Shown: positions 25,030 to 37,158 of the stretch, piece after piece
How the letters are laid out: each line of letters starts with the position of its first letter
Numbering within the stretch: position 1 is the first letter of the stretch
NCBI GenBank assembly: GCA_002633005.1
Contig: NMRA01000906.1
Span: 38,671-102,670, forward strand
Length of the DNA stretch: 64,000 nt
Source: Phoronis australis
Taxonomy: Eukaryota; Animalia; Phoronida
Direction: 5' to 3'
Position numbers and translations under genes: made by a program
The notes under the pieces: model-generated
Told to the model about the DNA's origin: nothing
The model's input: the letters and a program-made list of their open reading frames with translations, nothing else
Database searches by the model: none

Positions 25030-27660
25030 ATGTTGGTAGACTCAGCACTGAATGCTACCAAAAAAGCCAGAGCATTCAACATCCCACTTTCAAATATTGA
25101 CAGATCAAGTAACGCCAATCCAGAACTGTGGTATATGTGGTAATACCAGCTACCAACACGTATGATCAATAAATGAAGAAAACCGAGCCAATGTCAAATA
25201 CCAACAAACAACTTTATCAGCCATCAACTTCGACACGCCATCTGGCGATTACCGTAACAATTACACAAAACTCTGATCTGAAGATATCGAGTCCGACTCC
25301 GAAGGAGTTACTAATCAGAATTCAGAACACAATGATAACAAAGGGTAGACTACCTTTGTTATCTCCAAATAAAAGGTATCTGGGGATTATTCTGCCCCAC
25401 ACAAACACTTAATCACAGATCCAACTTCTGAGGGGGTTTCACTACACGGGAGGATCTTCGCAGTGCTTCTTCACTTGGCGGCGTTTGCAGCGGCTGCGGT
25501 GAGCGTGGCGGTTCAGTTGATTGGTCACCAACTTCGGGTTCCGAAGACGAAGATTCCACACCAGGACTGGTGTCAATAGTGGGTACATGTAGCTCTGGAG
25601 TTGAACCAATAGTATCTACAGTAGGACTAGGATGGGTGTCTTGAACCTCATCATTCATACCAGGATTGGAACGGAGACGGATGTAATCCATGTGACGATG
25701 AACCACACGATTGTCCAACAACTGGATTTTGTAAGACAGAGGACCAGTCTTTTCGATGATTTCTCCGGATAACCAGACTGCACCACGACCGAAGTTACGA
25801 ACACTAACAGTGTCTCCAACCTCTACGGATCTGCTTCTGACATGGTCGTCATGGGAACTCTTTTGTCGCGACTGTTCCCGTAGTACGTTTGACGAAGTAT
25901 CTGGTCGCATGAGATCCAACGTAGAGCGTATCCTACGTTTAAACATCAGTTCTGCTGGGGTACTCCCTTTTGTACTCTGCGGAGTAATCCTGTATCGCGC
26001 CAGAAAACGATACATCTTGTTTTCGAGACTACCACCATCCATTTTCTTGATACCATTCTTCAGAGTCTGGACAGCTCTTTCTGCGAGTCCATTCGAAGAG
26101 AGGTGGTAGGGGCTTGAGAAGATGTGATGAATACCATTGGTGTTGGTAAATTCTCGGAATTCCGCACTAGCAAAGCAACTTCCGTTGTCGGTATCGATTG
26201 ATCTTGGCAGTCCATGGGTAGCGAACAACTGTAGCAATCGGTCAATTGTCGCACTAGATGTGGTTGTCGTCATAACGGCACCATCTATCCACTTGGAGTG
26301 GGCGTCAATAACAACCAGAATCCACTTTCCATTCAGTGGTCCTGCGTAGTCGATATGTAACCGATCCCATGGATTGGGAGGCCACTCCCAAGGATGTAGA
26401 GGAGACTTTGGTGGTGGTGTGGCTACGGCCTGACAGGTAGAGCACTCCTTCACCTGTGCTTCAATGTCATCATCTAGATGTGGCCACCACACAAAGCTTC
26501 TTGCGAGAGCTTTCACCCGGGATGTGTAGCATGAAGCTCTGCCAATACGCGTTGCTGTCCTTGCTTTGGAATGACTAGTCTGTTCCCCCATAACACACAC
26601 CCAGCTTCGGTGCTCAGCTCATCTCTTCTGTTGTAAAATGGCTTGATTTCTGGACCAATATCAGCACCATTGATCCAGCCAGACTGTGTCATGGTATAGA
26701 CTTTCGAGAGAACAGGGTCTCGCTGAGTCCATAACTTCACCTGAGCGGCAGTAACAGATGTCTTAAAAAACATGTGGTCCATCAACAGTACAACATCTCC
26801 AGGAGTAGGGACAGCTATGTCAGGAGATTTTAGAGGTAGACGGCTCATGGAGTCCGCATTACCATTGTCTTTGCCGGCTCGGTAACGGATGGTATAGTCG
26901 TAAGCTGCGAGTGTGAGCGACCAGCGCTGGACTCTAGGCGATGTCATTTGTGGAAAAGTTCTGTTTTCAATGAACAGGCCCAGCAGTGGTTTGTGATCTG
27001 TCAGAATTTTGAATTTTCTGCCATAGAGGTACTGGTGAAAATGCTTGACTCCAAAGATAATTCCCAGACCTTCTTTGTCCAACTGTGAAATTTGACAAGA
27101 GGCACCAAAGCAAGAGGAGAGTCTGGGACATTAACAAACTACAGTTGTCTCTTGGTGCCGAAACTTGCAGTTTTGCCATTTGCGCATGCAAAGACTCTCC
27201 CATTCAAGAAACTGCATGATCGAGAACTCTGTGAAAACGCTAGAGTATTCACTAGACCCATAAAACTGAAGAAAGACATATTTGAAGCTGCTAAGAGTTG
27301 TGTCTGTGGTTTATGGCGGTACTGGCTCTGGAAATTTGGATGACTTGCGATACAGGTGATTTGTGGATGAGGTGCCAGACTAGCCCCAGTCCAAATACAG
27401 TCATTACCACCAAGTTTCTTCAGTAGCTAAATTCCATGCTGCCGGGACATATTATCAAGAGCATGAATGGTCAAGTTTCCGTGGCAGTGGCTTAGACTCG
27501 CTGTACTGGGGACGGATGCTGGCAGGTGGAAAATTCATTCCCACGGCGACGGACCTTTCAGCAGCACCAGAGAACCGGCTGGAAGTAGTAAGATGCCCGT
27601 GTAAGACAAACCGCAGTTCCAAGAGATGAACTTGCCGTGCTCGGTTGCATGAGGAGAATG
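25030..27660 (+). pseudogene. AcademX remnant (copy B), split by a Gypsy fragment
   Basis: 25030-25113 matches 6983-7063; 27100-27195 matches 8060-8150. Continues VQIQSLPP..AKFHAAGTYYQEHEW and FIPTATDLSAAPENRLEVVRCPCKT (Cys-rich C-terminus). Confidence 0.75.
25127..27092 (-). mobile_element. Ty3/Gypsy (Mag/K02A2.6-like) retrotransposon fragment: RNase H, integrase and putative 3' LTR
   Basis: KEGLGIIFGVKHFHQYLYGRKFKILTDHKPL, NADSMSRLP (RNase H); LHATHPG..CSTC; HIDYAGP, DNGSCF, SSNGLAERAVQT (DDE); frameshift near 26515; possible TG...CA LTR at 25259-25127. Confidence 0.92.
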
Positions 27661-28599
27661 CTGTGGTATAAGCTGCAGCAATTAGGTATTTTGCTAGACA
27701 CAAGTGAAATTTTGTAAAAATGGCCAATTTTTGTGAATAAGGTTGGAAATATCCTTAAGGCCTTGTGAATGACATCTGCAATCGGGTCGGGTCAACAAGC
27801 ACCGCTATATTTAGCCGGGCTGCTTCTGCCTGGGAGGAATTTTCACGCATGCGCAAATAGCTTGTTTTTGAATTTCTGGTAATGAGGACGAAGAGTACTG
27901 GAAACGCCTTACTTACTACCAGATCTGTTTAAAACAAGGTAGGTACAATTAGTTTATTTTATCACGTGTTACTAACTGAAACTTAACAATTCGTCTCGGC
28001 TTTGACCTAGGATCAAAATCCTCTCATAAAATTAATCTTACGTTTGAGTTTCACCACCCACGATCTGACCGCCGCGTACTACCATGTTCATGACACCGCT
28101 TAGAGAGTCAACAAAACTTCTGGGGGAGGGGTACCGTATACCCGGAAACTTGTTGTCCTTATAAACCGCCGCACCTCGAGAGTCTCATTTCAAGAAAAAA
28201 GATTGGACCCCAGGACGTCTATACCCACCAAACCGTGGAAATTTCTTAAAATAAATTGAAACACTAAACATTTAAAGTATACTTGCCTAAAGGCCACGGA
28301 ATCCTGTCAGTGTCTTGACGGGTGCTTTATTACCAACAGCTCACATCCCAATCGTTATCATAATAAATAGTATATTTATTAATTAGAATCACTTAGAAAA
28401 ACATAAGAAAACACATTTAACCAAAAATAATTAAAGTACAAGTGCAAGACACGGATAACGTAAAACATTTCCATTATGATCGCTAAAAGATGAGAAACAA
28501 AATGAATGAAAACCGATGAAAGACAACTCACGTGAAACAAGGTCGCAAGCTCGTCGCATAGATACGGGTAGATAGGCTTTTCTTTCTTTTTCTTGCAAT

Positions 28600-29090
28600 A
28601 AAGATAAGGGTAAGCCGATTTATAGGTAACCAGCTGATTTGCGTTAAGGTAAAATAGCCATGCGACCTGTTTGTTATATCCAACAAAGACGCAACAGTAA
28701 ACTAATATACGTTTAGTAACGGCTTCTACATGTGCATGGTTACACTGGCTTTATTAAATTTTAAGTCTGGAGCTAGCTTTCTGCAATTATTTCACCTGAG
28801 AGCGACTAGATATTTGGTTGAGGAGACAGATTTAATAATCTTTCCGTCATACGTGATAGCAATATCTTTGGTTTTGGAGAGTTTAATCTCAGAACCAAAA
28901 AGAATGCCCTGTGTCTTATCGAGATGCAGTGATAGACGATTTTCGTTCAGCCAGATGCGTAGTTTGCGAAGCTCATTGGTTGGACCATCTTTAATATTAG
29001 TGGAATTCTTACCAGAGTAAAGTAATGCTGGATCAGCAACGTAAAGAAAAAGTTTACAATCGATAGTCCTGAGACCAGAAAGAGTTTTAC
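28600..29090 (-). mobile_element. Crack/L2-type LINE RT fragment
   Basis: LYVADPALLYSGK...ELRKLRIWLNENRLSLHLDKTQGILFGS...STKYL, the region following YADD in CR1/L2 reverse transcriptases. Confidence 0.75.
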
Positions 29091-30132
29091 CAAGTGAAAC
29101 ATGTGTTGTGCGACCATGAAAATAAGTTGAACATCAGTGCAGAGTACCATCACACCTTCGGTATTTTTCAACACCCTTGCACAAAAACATGTACACTGGT
29201 GCCCTACATTCGGGCGAAAAGGTTACACAAACCAAAAATTTAAGCACCATTGTGTCATAAAAATTGTGTCGTGTATAGGTCACTGTTATAATCTCAGTAG
29301 ACGAGCTCAAGATTCAAGATTTATATTGACACAGACGTTTCTACTTTTTCTCTGAAGGTCTCAGTGAATAGTCAATAAAATTTCACGCATCGTATATCAA
29401 TAATACCGGCTTTACCGGGAATGTTTATTCTGACAACATCCAATTATAAACTAAACATTCTTACTGAAGTAATATGCGGTCGCTCAATAATGTATTGTTT
29501 GCAGGCTTGAATTTGGAGGTGCTTGGAAAGGACCACTAGAAAACCGGTTCGTTTAGTGATTGTTGTAGTTGGACAATGCTTCTCTATGTCAACCGGTGTC
29601 AACGTCCGCTCTTGACATCTCAAAAGTTGATCTAAGTTCCTATTGTGTGGTACAGAGCAATTAAAGAATTTAATTTAGCGATTTATGCAGGGCAATAAAG
29701 TACTGGCTGAAATGAATTAAAATGCCAATGACAGAAACTGGTAATTTTTAACGTTTGGCTTATGAAATTGAATGCTTCGTGAAACGTTAGTGTAGAATCC
29801 TTCTTTCGCAAAAGAAATACGATAAAAATTAGACAAAAGGCTACGATGGTTTTTATTTCTTGACAACACTTTTGAGTCGATGCGTGTTTACATTAACGCA
29901 TAGAATTCATTCAGCGTGGTAGATAATTGGTGTTTGCATTGTGACATCGGACAAAAGCCACAAGAACAGCACTGAGTGCGTCACAGCTGCTAACAAAAAA
30001 GGTATGTGGGGTATTTATTGATGTTGTTCGACTGGTATTGATAAAAGACACCAAAATGTGTTTTGTATCTTGTATTAACAAGCGCACAGTACATTTTGCC
30101 CTATCTGATGGTCGCAACCATAAACATCTTAA

Positions 30133-31805
30133 AGGAGCATGTCACCCAAAAAACAACCTAATTTGTATCAGTTTAGATCGAGTAGTTCTGCTCGATAACG
30201 ACACGTACGGTTGCGTTACCTGACACCTGACGGCAGACGGAGATGTTGAAATTATCCAGTGACGTCATCGGTTTCACACGCAGTCTGTTCAGAAGTTCAC
30301 AACAATGGTTACTGATGTCAGCTTATCGCTTGAAGTCATTGTTTAACACCAATAAATCGTCAAACTTCGATGTAAAACCCTTAAAAATACACCGAGATCT
30401 TATAAAAACGTGTTGTTTTATTTGGCTCATACGGATTTATTGGTATTTGGACACACCGTAGCCTACAAAGTTCGGCAGGCCAATAAGGTCCGTAGCAGGA
30501 GTTTGGGGTCTGTACGGAGATAATTTCGAAGTATTTTCCGTGAGATACAGACAGGAGAACCTAGATCTGTGTTGTTTAGACTTGTGATTTTTTGAGTTCT
30601 CAACACAAAACGCTGGTTATCCTGGCCAGTGGCTCGGCCAGTCCGATCAGGCCCGTGGTGGCCGCCCGGATTGACTCGTTATCCCGGCCAGTGGCTCGCA
30701 AACTGATCAGACATCACGAACATAAACCAGACAAAGTTCAGTGGAAACTAAACTTCCAGTCAAGAAAGTACTATACTAGTGAGCCAAAGTAATGTGCACG
30801 TGATTATGTTGGTGAATTAGCCACGAAACTGCAAATCTACTTACTCCTCGGGGGAATTCACGTTCCGCTTTGGCCACAACACCGTCAGGGCAGAAGTTGT
30901 ACATTGACAATCATTATTTGAGTAATGTAACTGTAAATAAAGATTCCCCTAACACCTGGCCGTGGGATGGAAATCGAGTTGTTTCACAACAGTCTCTGCC
31001 AGCAAACACTAAATTAGCATTAGCTCACACGGCCTCGGTGTCCCGTCCTTAGTTTTATTGCACCTAAAGCCGGTAATGCTGTGATTTATTTCTTGCTGGC
31101 TTTTCAAATCATTTTCACTCACGAACACTCCAAAGGCATTACAAATTGCATCTAATGAGACAGACTTTGTTCCAGTTTTATTTAAGTATGGGTTAGGGTG
31201 AGAATAATTCATTTTGAAACAGAACGCTCAGTAATAAACGCGAACATGGCAACTCGCAATCCCGACTTAGGACGAGCTGGAGGTCATCAGTCCCGACTTC
31301 GCAGGTGGATCGTTAAGTTTTACAGGCTATCAATTCGAACAGGAATACAATGATGAAGAAATACTGGAGAGGCGTCGTGTACAAGCTCAGACAATGGAAC
31401 GTATGGAGTTATTTGGTAAGCCGGCATTCGTCAGGCACTGTCGACGTCTGCAGGCCACAGACACGGAGATGTTTCACGGCCTCATACTTGCTATTTATAG
31501 CGTACATTTCATTCTTCACTATCATGAGCCACTTCCTAAGCATTTCGGACTCTCGAGGAAGTAAAAAAACCATATACCCGCTTTCCTCGCAGCTGCTTAG
31601 TTCGAACAACCGGGAACGATGCACGGCAACATAGCGGCATTCACTCTGCATATGAACCACTGACGTCACTAGCGTCGTTTCTCATCTTCCTCACAAGTTA
31701 ACGCGACACCTCCCGGCAACGTAAGGTCGACCTTATGCGAGGCAATGTGGATATAGACCGATTAAGACGGCAAAAAAGACTAATTAAATCGGGCGGCATT
31801 CTCCT
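30133..31805. mobile_element. Kolobok deletion derivative with KolX-like (+) and THAP (-) stubs
   Basis: TTAA|AGGAGCATGTCACCC ... GGGCGGCATTCTCCT|TTAA; + strand GYQFEQEYNDEEILERRR (31325); - strand MVFLLPRESEMLRKWLMIVKN..KHLRVCG (THAP). Confidence 0.8.
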
Positions 31806-31815
31806 TTAATACTAT

Positions 31816-33530
31816 AGACCGGGTGCACGCGCTACTGCAGCTGACAACTTGACGCCATATTGGAGAGTGTTACTAGTCACGTGACAAGGCTAATAGCCGT
31901 GTAAACAACGGGGTAAATTGCTCTTTTCAAAGGGCGATATCTAACAAACAAAGAGGCGGAAGAGGGTGATATTTTCCAGAAACATAAAAAACATGTGATA
32001 TGTCGCACTTACATACGTTTTTAAGTGTCAATCAGTCGATAGGGAAAATATGTAACTAACAGAAGATCGCAACCAGTGGCAGATTTTCGAATTGTCTGAG
32101 CGGCTGCAAGCTTGTTATCCCCTGGGAGCATTTTATTTTTTTCGTTTTTTCAAGAGAAAGCAGTAAGATCGCAAAAATTTATAATTTAATTCGTGTCGCT
32201 AGATGCAAATACATTACATCCAAGAGACGTGCTGCTCAATTGAGACGTACTTTTGTTGTGTCTCGAAACTAAAATTCTCCCAGATTCCATTTGACAGTTC
32301 GGCCGTGCAAAAGTCCGATGGGCAAAATCCTGGCTAATACATGTGCGCACCCAGGGAGGGGGGGGGCTCGGGGGGCTTCTTAGACAAACAAAAGTCCGAG
32401 GAAACGAGACAAAAATCCACAGGAATTCGTCGCAAATGCACAATTCACGGGGTTGAACCTAGTACCTCGTTTTTTTAGTACTCGTCTTCTTGTTCCAGTG
32501 AAAGGTCCAAATTACCGCAAAATTCGACCCCGTTCTATATTTTAGGCTGGTTGGCAACCCTTGAGTAATAATGGGACGGGTTTTCACGGACGTGACGTCA
32601 TTTTTTCATGGGCTAAAAATTCTTCACATTAAATTTAGACCCTGTGAAAAACTATAGCCCGAGTCATTTTTCATGGGATCATTATTTAATGCTACACCGG
32701 CTCTGTTGGGTAGATTTCCACTCGGCTTCGAGTGGGAAATTCTGTATTTCGGTTATAGGTCGGATGAGCAATTTAGTCGTAAGTCGTACAGGTTTAATAT
32801 TTTGATTACTATGTACATGTACTTCACTTTTTTGCGCAAGTTTTGAGACACAAAACAAAGAGCTCGTAAGCAAGCAGTGCAAATCCACAAAATTTCCAAT
32901 ATCAACTTTAACAAAAGTACAGACTTTGCAGGGTTATGTTTATTTCAGTGAAGCAGAGGAAATCTGATTTTGGAATACTTATTAAGAAATGACTTTTTAA
33001 AGCAGAATATATTTCAACAGAGACATTATTCACTTAGATGTAGGCCTACTGATTTTGATGGCTAGCCAGTAGGTTCAGGGATGTTATATTTCAGAACAAG
33101 TAAAAATATATATGATTGCCATTGATACCAAATATTTACTTAAGTACAATTAAAAAACAACATCATCATTGGATTTCAGCATATACTGGTCAATAATTAT
33201 CTTTTAATTGATCTATTATGGTCTCAGTAACCAAGAGTGATGTGGAAACAACACATAATCGCTCAACTTAAACTATGGTAGCAGAACATGAAAACCTAGT
33301 GGTAGCACCTCTAAACTCCATGGCCAAACCAAAAATCCCATGACTCGATGGCAGGACCAAAAAACGTAACTCCTTGGCCGCAGGCATAACACTAAGAGCA
33401 CCCGCATTTCCTGACTGATGCCATAGGGCTCCCATTGTTTTCCGCCATTTTTGTTCTGTGTAGCACTCTCCAATATGGCGTCATATTGACAACGCGAGCT
33501 GCATGTATCCGAGTGGAGCGCGCCCGGTCT
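31816..33530. mobile_element. Harbinger-like non-autonomous element
   Basis: Imperfect ~60-bp TIRs AGACCGGG...TGACGCCATATTGGAGAGTG at 31816 and reverse complement ending CCCGGTCT at 33530; TSD not clean. Confidence 0.5.
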
Positions 33531-33755
33531 TTGTGATGTCTATGGTCGCAACCTTATTGCTTCTGAAAGTTTTGAATCGAAGCTTGTGAGGCTTATATTT
33601 TCTGGTGAAACATCTCAGCCCCTAACAGATACGTAAACGATAAATTGTATTCGTTTGTGTATGTTTCATATTCTTGTAAACGTATTTCAACAATATCTCA
33701 CGTGTACAAACACCAGTTACGAAAACTTAAAAAACCTTGAATCACAAAATGTTAA

Positions 33756-36535
33756 AGACCTGGTCGCACGCGTTGTTAACCCTTATTACATGGTTAGAGG
33801 ATGTTATAAGGATCCAATAAGTACCTACCCCATAAATAATACACAATTCGTACTCGAAAAAAGTTTTAAATGAAAGCGCCACTCACGATTCGCACCCGAA
33901 GAACCACCGCCATTTTGAACTTGCCGCGAACCCGGAAGTACAATTCATTCAGGAACCCAGGCCGAGAAAACGCCGTCAGTGTGGAAGGACGAATGCCTGT
34001 TACCAGCTTGCAAACGGGGATAAAATAATCGACAGCGCGCCTTAATTTTAATAAAATCAAAATACGGACAACTTTATCGAATTTGCTGAAGAAATGAAGC
34101 GAATAAATTTTGACAGAAATTATTTTGCTAGACTCGGGACCGCAGCGTATCGGACCCGGTGCCGATCGACACCAGACACTGGCGAACGGTAAATGCATGC
34201 GGTTGCGAGCTGTTTTGTCGAAGTAAAATGCTCAAATCATAAATTCCGCATATATTCAAAGATAGTTTCAGAGACTTGCATGAAATTACGAGCGGGTTAG
34301 TCCTGTGTCACACTGCCGCGGCAGACCTTAGCTAGCCTCAGTGCAACCTACCAGCTTGTTAGTACATGTAGGCCTATACAGCTTTGCGCCAAGGCTACCC
34401 TTAGGACTAACTTGTCGCTGGCCACAGCGCTCGCTCAAACGAGGTTTATTTAGAACTTGGGTACTTCTGGCGAACTGTGTAAAGTTTTTGGCTTTCAATA
34501 GAGCTTTGCCCAGACTTTGTATGAGCGCACCAAGCCTAAAAGAATGGGGGGGCTGGAATTTTTGGGAATGTCTATCTTTTACTATAAGATTCTCTAGGTA
34601 TGTTCAGAGCTATGAATTGCAGACTCTAAATTTTGGTACTTCCTGTCTTCTAGTGGAATATTGTCTTATTTTATACTTTTTCGGAATTCGTGCTTCTCTG
34701 ACTGAGGCAGATCTTTTTCCATTTCTCCAAATAGGGGGCTCGTTCGAGCACATTAGTATGACAAGTCCAATACAAAATGTTATTTTTATTCATTAACCCA
34801 AAATGATTCAAACTTTTAACATAATAAGTAACTTAAAATGTACAATATTTTACAACATTTAGCATTACAAACACTATTCAACACATGCACGCATCCAGCC
34901 TTCAATATGGGGGCTCGAATTCCCGGCGATATGGGGCTTTTGCTAAAAAAAAGAGTGGGTGGACTAAAAAAACGGAGCCACCACTGTAAATTGCGCGTTT
35001 GCACCTCTTTAGTGGACTCTTGTCCCAATTTTCTCGGGCATTTTGTCTCTCGGGGGCGGACCTTTTTGCCCACTTTGCCAAATGGGGGGATCCTTAGAGC
35101 CCCCCGAGCCCCCCCNGGGTGCGCGCATGCAACAGCAAAAGTTTCCATGTTATGAAAGTGGACTTAAATGTAACTATTACCATGGTGACCGAATAGTGTT
35201 TCCTTACACCAGAATTTGACAAGCATAATTAAAAAAATATAAAGTTGCAAGGAACAAGAATTGGAGGCTTGAAGCTTCACAATCAAACATAGCTTATTTC
35301 CCAAATTAAGATTATTCATATTGTTGACTTGATAACCTGAATTAGGAAGCAATAAGTTACAAAACATGACTTGAAAGCAATTGAGACTTAAAATTTAGAA
35401 AAATATGAATCATTTTGTGACACCGAATCAAACCTTGAACAGCAGTTGACAGTCTTACAAAAAACCATTTCAAAATTTTATCAACTATTTTTTTAGCTTA
35501 GTGTAAGATCACCTGAATGGGAAATTCACAGTAAAATAATTCGAATATATCTTATATTTTGCACAAAAAACACGAAAATTGAATAAAGTTCCTTTTTGTA
35601 GTAACGTTTGTCAAAATGCATCAATGTTAAATCTTCACAAATTACAGAGTAGCCGATTGAACATGCTTTTCAGTTCAGCAAATGTCGCCATGTTGTCGGT
35701 GCCGACAGAAATGAGACGAAGTCCAATGGGAATTGTGAGCACATTTATTACTTAATGAGTAACAACTGCGAGGCTGAAATTTGGTGAACACTGTTGAATC
35801 GTGCAGAATAGTAAGTAAAGATACGTCTAACTAAATTTCACCGTAATTTGTTGGCGAAAACAATTTACACAAAGTAACTCGTAACTTATCCCGCTGTCCT
35901 CCAATATGGCCGACGCGATCCAAACAAAGTGACCCAAATTTCGCCACAAAAATTGCAATACCTTTACACTGCTTGTCCAGATTTTGATACTTTTCGATTT
36001 TTTCTGAGTAGAATGCACTACCTTTCCGATGATAGCAAAGTACTTTAAAACGAGGAAAAAAAATCAAAACGAAAAAATTGGTTCGACCCATATTGGTTCC
36101 TAGGTTCGATCGACCTACGTAAGGAACTGAACACCAATGCTATTTTAGCATAATAAGTACGCGTAACATTCCAAAAAATTCAACGACCACTAACTACAAA
36201 CTATAAATACACTACATATGCAAACTAATCACGAGATATTACTAATAAAACACAATAATGAATGCTTTTCGAGCAAGCGATAGCACATTCAGTTACAAGG
36301 AAAAAATGTCGACGTTCAGGACAAGTTCCTGAACTGATGAGCCGGAAATGTGGGTACAGAAATAACCGATGAAAGCCGGTAATTATACGCTCACAGAGAA
36401 GGGTCAAATACGGTTAAAAAATCGCTTTTGGCAAGAAAGGCGAAAAGAATATAAAGAAAGGGTGTCGAAAATAAGATTTTATGTAGTAAGTATTTTCGGA
36501 TACTGGAACCACATGGGCATTTTGCAACCAGGTCT
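33756..36535. mobile_element. Kolobok-type non-autonomous element, 2.78 kb
   Basis: TTAA|AGACCTGGTCGCA ... TGCAACCAGGTCT|TTAA; sister of 4372-5921; no long ORF. Confidence 0.8.
34884..35129. mobile_element. MITE with 5-bp TSD nested in the Kolobok element
   Basis: CAACA|CATGCACGCATCC ... GGGTGCGCGCATG|CAACA; related degenerate copy at ~32340-32563. Confidence 0.75.
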
Positions 36536-36638
36536 TTAATTGTTTTGTTATACGTTTAGTTTATGGTGACAACTGTATACGTTACCTAAAAGATGTGTTA
36601 TGTGTTCAAGTGTTGGTAACAATCCATTTATGATGACA

Positions 36639-36650
36639 GAAACTGAAACT
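36639..36650 (+). promoter_or_regulatory. ISRE-consensus (IRF-binding) site upstream of the TPR gene
   Basis: GAAACTGAAACT = rc AGTTTCAGTTTC, matching AGTTTCNNTTTC; about 510 bp upstream of the ATG and outside the adjacent transposon. Confidence 0.5.
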
Positions 36651-37009
36651 GTTTAAAATTACAAATTTATTTACCATTTCGTTACGTTTTTGATGATATG
36701 TTATTTTGAATCTATGAAGGGATTTATAACAGCATGCCACTTTATGCCTTTTTATCACATTACGAGCAAGAACAGTTTATATTTTTGCTGTGTGCTGGGG
36801 ACTCAAAATGGCCCGTAGTATTGAAGAATGGGTGCTGAGTTCCAATGAATCTTTACATGCCACTTTTTTCTGCTGGTATTTGGAGTCCCTTGGATTTGGT
36901 TATTCATGCGGATACAACTTGTCATCGAAATTCTAGTCAGATAGAAAATTCAATGTATTTACTGGAGTAGAAATGCAGAGATTAGAAATCTGGTCTTCCC
37001 TCCAGTAGA

Positions 37010-37019
37010 GTCACGTGAC
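37010..37019. promoter_or_regulatory. Palindromic E-box (USF/MiT-TFE type)
   Basis: GTCACGTGAC just upstream of the putative first exon. Confidence 0.4.
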
Positions 37020-37050
37020 CCAGTTTATACATGATTTTCTTTTGTGCTTG

Positions 37051-37150
37051 GTAAGAGTTCGCAAGGCGGATTTGAAGCAGACTAAAATTTTCCTGTGAAC
37101 AATTTGCATCATATCAATGATAACTAACGAAAGTATTTGTTAATTTTCAG
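37051..37150 (+). other. Putative 100-bp 5' intron of the TPR gene
   Basis: Donor G|GTAAGA at 37051, branch-point-like ACTAAC at ~37123, acceptor TTTTCAG ending 37150, 8 nt before the ATG. The acceptor is better supported than the donor. Confidence 0.55.
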
Positions 37151-37158
37151 CTGATGCA

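Noticed and set aside
34341-34796. 151-aa ORF in the Kolobok interior
   Set aside because: No recognisable domain, non-ATG start, inside a non-autonomous element.
37031-37050. Upstream coding exon starting at ATG 37031
   Set aside because: Splicing to 37151 puts that ATG out of frame (immediate TGA); treated as 5' UTR/uORF.
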